Of a stretch of DNA of 64,000 nucleotides, positions 42,939 through 51,885 are shown one piece after another. The position numbers and the translations under genes are program-made. The stretch covers positions 25,458 to 89,457 of the forward strand of contig JAGXSE010000061.1 in the NCBI GenBank assembly GCA_018333865.1. Reading direction: 5' to 3'. The DNA comes from Syntrophomonadaceae bacterium. Lineage in GTDB: Bacteria > Bacillota > PH28-bin88. Below the pieces are notes generated by a model. It was given only the letters and a program-made list of their open reading frames with translations. It was not told where the DNA came from and ran no database searches. Position 1 is the first letter of the stretch; each line of letters begins with the position of its first letter.

Positions 42939-44651
42939 TCACCTGACGCCTGGTATAGCAGGCCTGCCGGTTCCTCCCTGCTGTTGGCCCGGAGAACCTG
43001 GCAGCAAATTGTTTCTGGACTGGATCCGCTGGCTTGGCAACAGGTCCGCCGTGCTGCCGGTAATCACCAGATCTCCTTCGTTTACTCCGCTTTTTACTTC
43101 CGCCCAACGGTGACTCATCAAGCCCAGTTCCACAGCTGCCACCTTCGGGTTTCCGTCAGGCTGCAAGATCTCTACTCTGGCCTGCCCGCCGTCGTCAAAA
43201 ATTGCTTCCAGCGGCACCAAAAGCACATCCCGGGCTTTGCCGGCAGTGATGCGAGCCTGGGCCTGCATGCCTGGCCGCAGTTCAGGGACCCCCACGACTG
43301 TGATATGCACTCCAAACATCGCGATACCGCCTTCTTGCCGGCCCATGGCATCGATTTGGGCTACCTTGCCCTCCAGGGTTTTGCCCGGCAGAGCGTCCAG
43401 TGTTATTTCCACCGGCGAGCCATGGCGCACCAGGAGCACATCCACATCGTCCACTTGCACCCACATATGCATTTCCGCAGTATTATAAACAGCGCCGAAC
43501 CATTCCCCCTGCTGGACCGTCTGGCCAGCCTGCTTCGCAAGTTGGGCCAGCACTCCGTCCATCGGGGCTCTGATCTCCAGCTGTTCCTTTTTCGCGTTCA
43601 ATTGCTGCAACTCTATTATCAATTCCTGAATTTTATTTAATCTCTCTTCAATGTTTTTTTGAGCATCCCTTCCGGCCAGGGAGACCAGGGGATCTCCCGC
43701 CTGCACCAAGGCCATTTCCCTGACAAAGACTTGAGAAACAATAGCATCAGCTCTGTTCAGGACTGTTTCCTCGTCGACATAACCTTCAATCTTAGCCGGG
43801 AAGCGCAATTGCCTGGCGACAAACTCGTCAGGAGCTTGCCCAACTGGAACCAAACCGACTTGAGCCACCATGCCCGGACGGATCAACCCCGGGTTTTTAC
43901 CTTCAATTTCCGCCCAATAAACAAAGATCAGTTCTTCCCCGGCTTCGCCTTGGTTCAAGTCCAGCTCGCTGATCTTTGTCGGCACAGGGTTCGGGTTAAT
44001 ATCCTTAATTACCGCCGGCACCACCCCGCCAAACTGGGGAAACCTTAAGACCACCTTGCCGCCTGCCCTGGCCATTTCAAACTCAGACTGGACCAGCCTG
44101 GCAGTAAGCCTGAAGTGAGAATCGTCCACAATCCGGGCTACAATCTGGCCTTGTTTCAACTCTACTCCCACCTTGGGCGCAAGGCCGGTGACCCGGCCGG
44201 CGATAGGAGCCCGGAGGGTAATGCCCCGGATCGGATCAATATTGTCCAGCTGGGTTTCTGGCAAGTCTAAGAGCTTGGCTAAAGCTTCCTTTTGGGAATC
44301 CAGCTGTTCTTCCAGGGTTTTGATCCTGGGGGCCAGCTCAGGCGCGGACAGTACGGCTACCACCTGTCCTTGGGATACAGTTTCTCCTGGTTTTACCAGT
44401 ATTCTGTTAATAACAAAGTTCCCGCCAGGCATTTGCCCATGTGGTACTTCCAAACCTCCGGCTAGAGCCGGGCTTAAGGAGCCCATGGCTTCCACGCCAA
44501 CGGATATATCACCCCGGGCTACCTTGTGGGTGGAAAAGACTGGTCCCGTAACTACTTCTTCCGGGGGTGGAACAAGTTGTTGGTAAGCATAATAGCCACC
44601 ACCTAAAACAACGGCCAGAATCAAGCAAATCATCATCAGCCTTTGAAACAT
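42939..44651 (-). CDS. HlyD/MacA-family periplasmic adaptor (long form, 570 aa)
   Basis: N-terminal TM helix, lipoyl/barrel segments, a coiled-coil hairpin (IEERLNKIQELIIELQQLNAKKEQLEIRAP) and a Gly/Pro-rich tail. Confidence 0.85.
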   Translation of the reverse strand: MFQRLMMICLILAVVLGGGYYAYQQLVPPPEEVVTGPVFSTHKVARGDISVGVEAMGSLSPALAGGLEVPHGQMPGGNFVINRILVKPGETVSQGQVVAVLSAPELAPRIKTLEEQLDSQKEALAKLLDLPETQLDNIDPIRGITLRAPIAGRVTGLAPKVGVELKQGQIVARIVDDSHFRLTARLVQSEFEMARAGGKVVLRFPQFGGVVPAVIKDINPNPVPTKISELDLNQGEAGEELIFVYWAEIEGKNPGLIRPGMVAQVGLVPVGQAPDEFVARQLRFPAKIEGYVDEETVLNRADAIVSQVFVREMALVQAGDPLVSLAGRDAQKNIEERLNKIQELIIELQQLNAKKEQLEIRAPMDGVLAQLAKQAGQTVQQGEWFGAVYNTAEMHMWVQVDDVDVLLVRHGSPVEITLDALPGKTLEGKVAQIDAMGRQEGGIAMFGVHITVVGVPELRPGMQAQARITAGKARDVLLVPLEAIFDDGGQARVEILQPDGNPKVAAVELGLMSHRWAEVKSGVNEGDLVITGSTADLLPSQRIQSRNNLLPGSPGQQQGGTGRPAIPGVR

Positions 44652-45418
44652 TATATCCGCACCTCCTCCGGTGTTGAAGTTTGATCAATGCTGCCTGTTG
44701 CCGCGACCTCGCTCTGCCATGCCGTCAGGGGCTGTTCCAGGACGTGTTCCCGCTCAACCCCTCCGTCCAGGAGGTGTACTACCCGGCGTCCGTGACGGGC
44801 TATGGTTTCCTCATGGGTAACCTGGACAATAGTCAATCCCTGTTCCCGGTTCAGCCGCTGGAAAATGCCCATAATGTTGCGACCGGACCGGGAATCAAGA
44901 GATCCGGTGGGCTCGTCTGCTAAAATCAAGGCTGGTTCACCCGTCAATGCCCGGGCAATTGCTACCCGTTGCTGCTCCCCGCCAGACAGCTCTGCAGGGC
45001 GGTGGCGCCGCCGCTCTGCCAGTCCTACCGCTTCCAGTGCGGAGACTGCCCGGCGGCTGCGCTCCCGGCTGCCAATCCCCCGGTAGATAAGAGGCAGTTC
45101 CACATTGGCCTGGGCATCCAGATCCGGGAGTAAATGAAAACTTTGAAACACAAATCCGATCAACCTGTTCCGGATATCTGCCAGTCTGCCGTCACTAAGC
45201 CGTTCTACCTGCCGGCCTGCCAAACGGTAGGTCCCCGAGGTAGGGAGATCAAGACAGCCAATGATGTTGAGGAGAGTAGACTTACCCGACCCGGAGGGTC
45301 CCATGATGGAAATAAAGTCTCCTTGCTCAACAATCAAGTTGATCCCGGCCAAGGCATTGACCCGGATCTTTCCCATTTTATACTGGCGCGTGATACCCTG
45401 GAGTTCAAGCAAGGCCAA
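44651..45418 (-). CDS. MacB-type ABC transporter ATP-binding protein
   Basis: [26 protein letters not shown] and ILADEPTGSLD motifs. I place the start at TTG 45418 (MALLELQGITRQY), 8 nt after GGAAGGAGG. Confidence 0.9.
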   Translation of the reverse strand: MALLELQGITRQYKMGKIRVNALAGINLIVEQGDFISIMGPSGSGKSTLLNIIGCLDLPTSGTYRLAGRQVERLSDGRLADIRNRLIGFVFQSFHLLPDLDAQANVELPLIYRGIGSRERSRRAVSALEAVGLAERRRHRPAELSGGEQQRVAIARALTGEPALILADEPTGSLDSRSGRNIMGIFQRLNREQGLTIVQVTHEETIARHGRRVVHLLDGGVEREHVLEQPLTAWQSEVAATGSIDQTSTPEEVRI

Positions 45419-45548
45419 GAAAAAAGCCTCCTTCCGCCAGGGGTCAGGCAAAGCTTGCCTGAACTAACCCTCTTATTTTCATGCTTTACATGACGAAATT
45501 ATCTTTAAATAGTTCCCTGCCGGCAAAAAAAATCCTTTCACAGCAAGC

Positions 45549-45595
45549 GGGGACGGTTCTAGCTTGCTATCCCTAGCAAGTCAAGAACCGTCCCC
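45549..45595 (-). terminator. secA terminator hairpin built from the GGGGACGGTTCT/AGAACCGTCCCC repeat module
   Basis: The 12-bp arms enclose a nested CTTGCTA..TAGCAAG hairpin. A T8 run follows about 15 nt downstream on the minus strand. Confidence 0.6.
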
Positions 45596-45609
45596 GACTT
45601 GCGCGGCTG

Positions 45610-48228
45610 CTAGCCGCAGCATTTTTTGTGTTTTTTGCCGCTGCCGCAAGGACAGGGGTCGTTGCGGCCCACCTTCTTTTCCCGGCGGACCGGCTGTTTG
45701 GGTCCCTCCTCGGCATACCTGTTCTCAACCACATTCTTAACCCGTTCCCGGGGTTCTTCCGTTGCCAGCCGGTACCTGAAGATGTAGCGCACAATGTCTT
45801 CCTGGATCGAGGCCACCATGTCGTTAAACATGGCATAGCCCTCAAACTTGTATTCCACCAGCGGATCCCGGCCGCCATAAGCCCTGAGGCCAATTCCCTG
45901 GCGCAGCTGGTCCATGGCGTCCAGGTGGTCCATCCACTTCTGGTCCACCACCCTTAACATGACCATCCGCTCCAGCTGGCGCATGGCCTCAAAACCCATT
46001 TCCCCTTCTCTGAAGCTGTAAAGAGCCAGGGCCTCCTTTTGGAAAAGATCCCGGATCTCGTCCTTTTCCAGCTTTAACAGATCTTCCGGGGTAATCCGGT
46101 GTCCGGGCAGGAACAGCTCGTCGGCATGAGCCAGAAGACCTTCAAGGTTCCATTCCTCGGGAAAACGGCTCTCTCCGGCAAAACTGGTAATGGCCCGGTT
46201 AATTACCGTCCCAATCATTTCCTCGATATTCTCTCTTAAGTTCTCGCCGGTTAAAACCTTTAAACGCTGGGTATAGATTACTTCCCGCTGCTTGTTCATC
46301 ACATCGTCATATTCTAAAACGTGTTTCCGGAGGTCGAAGTTGCGGGCTTCCACCTTCTTTTGGGCCGTTTCAATCGATTTAGAAATTATAGGATGATCAA
46401 TGGGGGTGGTATCATCCATCCCCAGCCGGTCCATGATCCCGGCGATGTTGTCCGAACCAAAAAGCCGCATCAGGTCATCTTCCATGGAAATATAGAAGCG
46501 GCTGGAACCCGGGTCTCCCTGGCGGCCGGCCCGGCCCCGCAGCTGGTTATCAATCCGGCGGCTCTCATGGCGCTCGGTGCCAATGATGTGGAGCCCGCCT
46601 AAAGCCACTACCTGATTGTGTTCAGCTTCACTCTTGGCCTTCATAGCAAAAAAGGCCTCCCGGTAGGTGGCCGGGTCCACTTCTGCCGGATCTATTCCCC
46701 GGCTAATAATTTCCTCCTTGGCCAGAAATTCAGGATTCCCGCCCAGGATAATATCAGTACCACGGCCAGCCATGTTGGTGGCGATAGTCACTGTCCCCAG
46801 CCGGCCGGCCTGGGCAACAATTCTTGCCTCCTGTTCATGGTATTTGGCATTTAGCACCTGATGGGGGGCGCCCCTTCTTTTCAACAACTCGCTTAGCATC
46901 TCGGATTTTTCAATCGAGATCGTGCCTACCAGGACCGGCTGCCCGGTTTTCTGCTTTTCAATAATCTCGTCAACCACCGATTGGTATTTGCCCTTTTCGG
47001 TGCGATAAATCACGTCGGGATGGTCCTGGCGGATCATGGGCATATTAGTAGGAATTACAACTACATCCAGTTTATAGATTTTTCTGAACTCCTCTTCCTC
47101 TGTTACCGCTGTACCGGTCATTCCGGCCAGTTTTTTGTACATCCGGAAGTAGTTCTGGAAGGTGATGGTGGCCAGGGTTTGAGATTCCCGCTCAATTTTT
47201 ACCCCTTCCTTAGCCTCGATTGCCTGATGCAGTCCTTCGCTGTACCGGCGGCCGAACATCAGGCGGCCGGTAAACTCGTCCACAATAATTACCTGTTCGT
47301 CTTTCACCACGTAGTCCCGGTCCCGCTTCATCAGGGCATGAGCTTTTAAGGCCTGGTTCACATGGTGGGCCAGTTCGGTATGTGAATCATCAAAAAGGTT
47401 CTCCACCCCCAGCATGCGTTCCACCTTGGCCACTCCGCTTTCGGTAAGGGCGGCGGTATGGGCCTTTTCATCAACCGTAAAGTCTTCTGTGGCCCGCAGG
47501 CGGGGGATGATTTTGGCCACGGTGTAGTACATCTGGGTTGGCTTGTCGGCCTGGCCGGAAATAATCAAAGGCGTTCTGGCCTCGTCGATCAAAATACTGT
47601 CAACCTCGTCGACGATGGCGTAATTAAGCTCTCGCTGCACCCGCTGGCCGGCCTCCCAGGCCATGTTGTCCCGCAGGTAATCGAAGCCAAACTCGTTATT
47701 GGTGCCGTAAGTGATATCGGCCTGGTAGGATTCCCGGCGCTCAATAGCCTCAAGGCCGTGGACAATCAAGCCAACGGAAAGACCCAGGAACTTGTAAATC
47801 CGTCCCATCCATTCGCTGTCACGGCGGGCCAGGTAATCGTTTACCGTTACAATATGAACTCCCTTGCCCATCAGTGCGTTAAGATAGGCCGGCATGGTAG
47901 CCACCAGGGTTTTTCCTTCACCGGTTTTCATCTCCGAAATCCGGCCCTGGTGCAGAACCATTCCCCCCATCAACTGCACATCGAAGTGCCTTAAGCCCAG
48001 GGTACGGCATGAGGCTTCTCGCACTGCGGCAAAGGCCTCCGGCAAAATGTCTTCCAGGGTTTGGCCCTTGGCCAGGCGGTCCTTGAATTCCTCCGTCTTG
48101 GCCATAAGCTGGCTGTCGGTCAGGCTTTGCATCAGGGGTTCCAGGGCGTTTATTGCCTGCACTTTCTTGCTCATCCGTTTTATTTCTTTGGCATTGTCAT
48201 CTAAAAGGCTGCGCAGAATTCCCAGCAT
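45610..48228 (-). CDS. secA: Preprotein translocase ATPase SecA
   Basis: 872 aa with KTGEGKTL, a [22 protein letters not shown] motif and a C-terminal Zn-binding tail ([14 protein letters not shown]). Confidence 0.96.
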   Translation of the reverse strand: MLGILRSLLDDNAKEIKRMSKKVQAINALEPLMQSLTDSQLMAKTEEFKDRLAKGQTLEDILPEAFAAVREASCRTLGLRHFDVQLMGGMVLHQGRISEMKTGEGKTLVATMPAYLNALMGKGVHIVTVNDYLARRDSEWMGRIYKFLGLSVGLIVHGLEAIERRESYQADITYGTNNEFGFDYLRDNMAWEAGQRVQRELNYAIVDEVDSILIDEARTPLIISGQADKPTQMYYTVAKIIPRLRATEDFTVDEKAHTAALTESGVAKVERMLGVENLFDDSHTELAHHVNQALKAHALMKRDRDYVVKDEQVIIVDEFTGRLMFGRRYSEGLHQAIEAKEGVKIERESQTLATITFQNYFRMYKKLAGMTGTAVTEEEEFRKIYKLDVVVIPTNMPMIRQDHPDVIYRTEKGKYQSVVDEIIEKQKTGQPVLVGTISIEKSEMLSELLKRRGAPHQVLNAKYHEQEARIVAQAGRLGTVTIATNMAGRGTDIILGGNPEFLAKEEIISRGIDPAEVDPATYREAFFAMKAKSEAEHNQVVALGGLHIIGTERHESRRIDNQLRGRAGRQGDPGSSRFYISMEDDLMRLFGSDNIAGIMDRLGMDDTTPIDHPIISKSIETAQKKVEARNFDLRKHVLEYDDVMNKQREVIYTQRLKVLTGENLRENIEEMIGTVINRAITSFAGESRFPEEWNLEGLLAHADELFLPGHRITPEDLLKLEKDEIRDLFQKEALALYSFREGEMGFEAMRQLERMVMLRVVDQKWMDHLDAMDQLRQGIGLRAYGGRDPLVEYKFEGYAMFNDMVASIQEDIVRYIFRYRLATEEPRERVKNVVENRYAEEGPKQPVRREKKVGRNDPCPCGSGKKHKKCCG

Positions 48229-48358
48229 GGGACTACCTCCGATCTAACTTAATTATGGGCCGGCACTCATGGGCGGCGCACTCATCTCCAATGCTAATTA
48301 ACAAGGCCAACGTACCATGGCCATCAGCCGATTTCCGGCCCATGGCTGGCGCTAGTTT

Positions 48359-48387
48359 ATTTTATCACTGTTCGGCTAAGGGTTCAA
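48359..48387 (-). promoter_or_regulatory. secA promoter TTGAAC-17-TAAAAT
   Basis: -35 at 48382..48387 and -10 at 48359..48364, with an exact 17-nt spacer. It leaves a leader of about 125 nt. Confidence 0.6.
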
Positions 48388-48397
48388 GCTAAAGACA

Positions 48398-48427
48398 AGG
48401 TCCAGCGCTGATATCAGTGCTGGACCT
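48398..48427 (-). terminator. Terminator after the AbfD-like gene
   Basis: 13-bp stem AGGTCCAGCACTG/CAGCGCTGGACCT (one wobble) with loop ATAT, followed by TTGTCTTT. Confidence 0.55.
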
Positions 48428-48461
48428 CGCTCTTGCCAAAACCTGGTTACAGTTAGTTGAA

Positions 48462-49898
48462 TCAGTCCTGAATGCCGGCCAGACGCTTGGCGGCCTTTTT
48501 CTTGCTCTCTAAATCCGTCTCCCGCATGATGGTGACCCGGTGGGCTTCCGGTGAGCCCCCGCCATGAATATCCGAAACGGTATCAGCGCTCTCCAGGGCC
48601 AGCTTTTCCGCCAGGCGGTAAAGCTTGACCCGTTTCTCCACATCCACGCCGGCAACCCCTTTCAGGTACTTCTTAACCAGGGGGCCGATTTCCGGATGCT
48701 CAAGATCCCGGTCCGAAGGCAAATCTGCCACAAAACCGCCGCAAACATCCACCATAATCCTGGTAGCCTCCGCCATTTCCTTGCCTTCGTGAATCTTGGA
48801 GGCATTGGCCAGTACCGTGTCAATGAAGTAGGTCCCCGATGGTTCCCGCCTGCCTTCATAGGAGGCGGCCAAACAGCAGGCGTACATGGTTTCGGCCCGG
48901 TGCACCATATCAATGACCTTTTGCTGCAGGTGGCTGGCTTTGGCCGTGCCGTTATAGTCCATGGCTGTCAGGGCCGTGCCGATCATGCAGTCGATTTTGC
49001 CGGACTTGCACCCGCCATGGCTCTGGCGGTGGAAGGAAGCAAAGCGCAAGACCATCTCGCCGGCAAACTCCGTCTCCCCGCACATAAACACCCGCTCCCA
49101 GGGCACAAAAACATCGTTAAAGATCAGGGTGGGACAGTACTTGGAATAGCGGACATTGCCGATATCGCAGCCGTCCAGTTCCCGGGTGTCCAGGCTGGAG
49201 CGGCCCACCACATGAATCAGGCCCGGGGTATCAGTGGGGATGGCGAATGCAACGGCATAGTCCTTGTCATCTTTGCGCAGTGCCCGGGTAGGCATCACGA
49301 TCACCTGGTGGGCGGAGAGGGAACCAGTCTGGTGGGCCTTGGCCCCCCGGACCACAATGCCGTCCTCCCGGCGCTCCACTATCCGCAGGTACATGTCCTT
49401 ATCTTCCTGCTCGCTGGGGCCTTTGGACCGGTCCCCCTTCACATCGGTGACACCGGCATTTGCCGTCAAGTCGTTTTTCTGGACATATTTCAGAAATTCA
49501 ATAAAGTTTTTGTTGTATGAAGTGCCGTATTTCTGGTCGATGTCATAGGTAACAATAGACAGGGCCGAGAGGCAATCCAGCCCGGTGCAGCGCTGGTGGC
49601 AGGTTCCAACATGGTTGGCCATTTTGCGGTTCAGCTTGACCCGGGCCACCAGGTCGGCGATGGACGAGGGAGGCAAGGTAAAACGGTTGACCGGCTCATC
49701 GATCAAGGGGCTGTGCGTAACTACCAGGTCCCGCATCCCTTCCATCTGGGCAACTTCATAGGTGGCTGCCGTGGCCTCGATCCCCGCCCTGAGCCGCGGA
49801 TTATCCACCACATTGGTAATTTTCTGGCCAAACATATAGGCCGTTGGCCGCATTTCCCTTAAAGAGGCAATGTATTCTTCCTTAGTTTTTAGTCCCAT
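48462..49898 (-). CDS. 4-hydroxybutyryl-CoA dehydratase / vinylacetyl-CoA isomerase (AbfD) family protein
   Basis: 478 aa in the HpaB/AbfD-fold family. GTCHQRCTG (C-x3-C) and FHRQSHGGCKSG fit the positions of the AbfD [4Fe-4S] ligands (Cys, Cys, His, Cys) as I recall them. Confidence 0.82.
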   Translation of the reverse strand: MGLKTKEEYIASLREMRPTAYMFGQKITNVVDNPRLRAGIEATAATYEVAQMEGMRDLVVTHSPLIDEPVNRFTLPPSSIADLVARVKLNRKMANHVGTCHQRCTGLDCLSALSIVTYDIDQKYGTSYNKNFIEFLKYVQKNDLTANAGVTDVKGDRSKGPSEQEDKDMYLRIVERREDGIVVRGAKAHQTGSLSAHQVIVMPTRALRKDDKDYAVAFAIPTDTPGLIHVVGRSSLDTRELDGCDIGNVRYSKYCPTLIFNDVFVPWERVFMCGETEFAGEMVLRFASFHRQSHGGCKSGKIDCMIGTALTAMDYNGTAKASHLQQKVIDMVHRAETMYACCLAASYEGRREPSGTYFIDTVLANASKIHEGKEMAEATRIMVDVCGGFVADLPSDRDLEHPEIGPLVKKYLKGVAGVDVEKRVKLYRLAEKLALESADTVSDIHGGGSPEAHRVTIMRETDLESKKKAAKRLAGIQD

Positions 49899-49927
49899 AA
49901 TTCTCCTCCTCCTTTAATATAAAGGCA

Positions 49928-51037
49928 TTAAAACTGGACGGTGGCAGGTATCTCCATGTCGTGCTTGGCGCACAAAGAGCTTAAGTCCGCCCATACCTTT
50001 TCATGGACAGGCACACCGTTTTTCATGTTTTCTTCCCATTGCTGAAACTCTTTTTCCCCGGCAATATAAATCCGGTCACACCCCTCAGCCAGAGGTGCGT
50101 TCTTCAGCTCGGTGATAAATTGATCCACCCGCTCCTTGAATTCCTCTAAATCCATGAAAGCCTCCACCTTCAGGGCGGCAACAAAATGGCCCACACCGCA
50201 GGGATCCGGGTGCACCCTGGCGTTTAACACACTTGCCAGAAAGTTGGACCCTGTAAGCACCCCAGAGAGAAGATCGATGGCAGCAGACAGGCCATACCCT
50301 TTATAACCAGCGGTTTCCGCCGGCCCGCCGAGGGGGAACAGCCCTCCACCTTCAAAAATTTTGCCAGGATCAGGCGTTGCATTTCCCTGGCTGTCTGCCC
50401 CCCACACCGGGGGAACCTGAAGGTTTTTGCGCCGGTAGACCTCGATCTTGCCAATCGGCACCACACTTGTGGCCATATCCAGCACAAAAGGCTGGGATTT
50501 TCCGGCCGGGATTGCAATGCTGACCGGATTAGTGCCAAGCAGGCGCTTCCTGGAGTAGGTTGGCAATGTCAGTGGTTGGGAATTGGAAAGGCAAATTCCG
50601 ATCATCCCCTCCCGCAGGGCCATCATGGCGTAGTAAGCGGCAATCCCAAAGTGGTTACTGTTTTTGATGCCGCCTACCCCTACGCCAAATTTATTTGCCA
50701 GCTCAATGGATTTTTGCATGGCATGATGGCAAGCCACATGCCCCAGGCCGTTATCGCCATCAAGGTTAAAGACGGCGCCAAAACTCCTGGCCACCTGCAA
50801 ATTTGGCCTGCTATTCATATACCCGTTTTGAAACCGGAAAATATAATAAGGCAGCAGGCGCCCGACCCCGTGGGATTCCACCCCCCGCAAATCGGCATCA
50901 ACCAAAACGTCGCTCACAATGCCGGCATCCGCAGGAGGCACGTCATATTTCTCCAGCAGTCCGGCAACCAGCCTTTTTAAGGCCAAGGCCGGCACACGCA
51001 AATACTTGCTGTCTTCTTCCCGCTCAGACAAAAACAA
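49928..51037 (-). CDS. Ldh_2 family (malate/L-lactate/sulfolactate-type) NAD(P)H-dependent dehydrogenase
   Basis: ESHGVGRL and NSNHFGIAAYY motifs are typical of PF02615-type enzymes. The start is TTG 51037 or 51031, after AAGGAGGGG. Confidence 0.85.
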   Translation of the reverse strand: MFLSEREEDSKYLRVPALALKRLVAGLLEKYDVPPADAGIVSDVLVDADLRGVESHGVGRLLPYYIFRFQNGYMNSRPNLQVARSFGAVFNLDGDNGLGHVACHHAMQKSIELANKFGVGVGGIKNSNHFGIAAYYAMMALREGMIGICLSNSQPLTLPTYSRKRLLGTNPVSIAIPAGKSQPFVLDMATSVVPIGKIEVYRRKNLQVPPVWGADSQGNATPDPGKIFEGGGLFPLGGPAETAGYKGYGLSAAIDLLSGVLTGSNFLASVLNARVHPDPCGVGHFVAALKVEAFMDLEEFKERVDQFITELKNAPLAEGCDRIYIAGEKEFQQWEENMKNGVPVHEKVWADLSSLCAKHDMEIPATVQF

Positions 51038-51060
51038 TCCCCTCCTTTTTCAAATCCTTC

Positions 51061-51261
51061 GGGGACATTCCGCGTTCAGAATGCCTCATTAAGCGATGGA
51101 CCTTGGAACAATCCATGTTCAGGTTTTAGCACTACTTAAACGGTATAACCCGTTCAGGAGGCAAGAAGCAGGAAGCAAGAGGCAGGACGGATATGCGGCT
51201 TTTAGTTCCTAAGCATCTGGCTCTTGTCTCCTGCTTCCTGCGTCCTGAATGGTGTGTCCCC
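51061..51261. repeat. Palindromic intergenic element, copy 2
   Basis: Same termini as copy 1 (GGGGACATTCC ... GGTGTGTCCCC) and the core GGACGGATATGCGGCTTTTAGTTCCTAAGCATCTGGCTCTTG. It carries about 70 extra bp after the left terminus. Confidence 0.85.
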
Positions 51262-51306
51262 TTTCCTTAATCTTACACAAGGATCAGATATACTTCAAGG
51301 AATTTA

Positions 51307-51870
51307 TTAAATCCGATAGCGAAAGGAAGTGAATTTGTAATCCCGGCGGGCCTGCATGCCGTGCTGCAGAAAGTAAATCAGCCCTATGGAAAGGATCACG
51401 TCGCCGATACTGATCTTGCGCACGAGACTAAAGGGTGGCGAAATAATGTCCGCTAAAAAAGCCAGCCTGGTCTCCCCGGTCATCAGTGAATGGAGGGCCC
51501 AGCTTGCGCTGGGTTGCAGTTCCATCAGGCTTTGGCTAATGTTCTGGGCCGAAACCGGCATTACCCCGCCGTTAGCCGCAATTACGACGAAGTTAAGGAA
51601 TAAGCCCATGCCCATGATAACCATCCCCGGCAGCCGTCGGTTAACAAAAATAAAAATGAATAGCAAAAAATAGGAAAACAGGTGCAGGGGCATCACCTGA
51701 CTGGTAATAAAATGCATTTCCTGGCCTGTCGCAAAATATAGTCCCACCTGCAAGAGGTAAGCCAGAAAAGCCAACAGGACCAACCTTATTGGCTGTGTCC
51801 CCAAATATTTTATTCGCCCGCCTCTCAACCAACCAATCAGAACTCCTATAACTGCCGCCTCAATCAGCAA
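51307..51870 (-). CDS. DUF5317-family integral membrane protein
   Basis: 187 aa with 5-6 TM helices. The N-terminus (MLIEAAVIGVLIGWLRGGRI) and C-terminal SIGDVILSIGL match my recollection of DUF5317, which usually neighbours HD-GYP genes. Confidence 0.65.
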   Translation of the reverse strand: MLIEAAVIGVLIGWLRGGRIKYLGTQPIRLVLLAFLAYLLQVGLYFATGQEMHFITSQVMPLHLFSYFLLFIFIFVNRRLPGMVIMGMGLFLNFVVIAANGGVMPVSAQNISQSLMELQPSASWALHSLMTGETRLAFLADIISPPFSLVRKISIGDVILSIGLIYFLQHGMQARRDYKFTSFRYRI

Positions 51871-51885
51871 CTGCAGCCACCTGCC

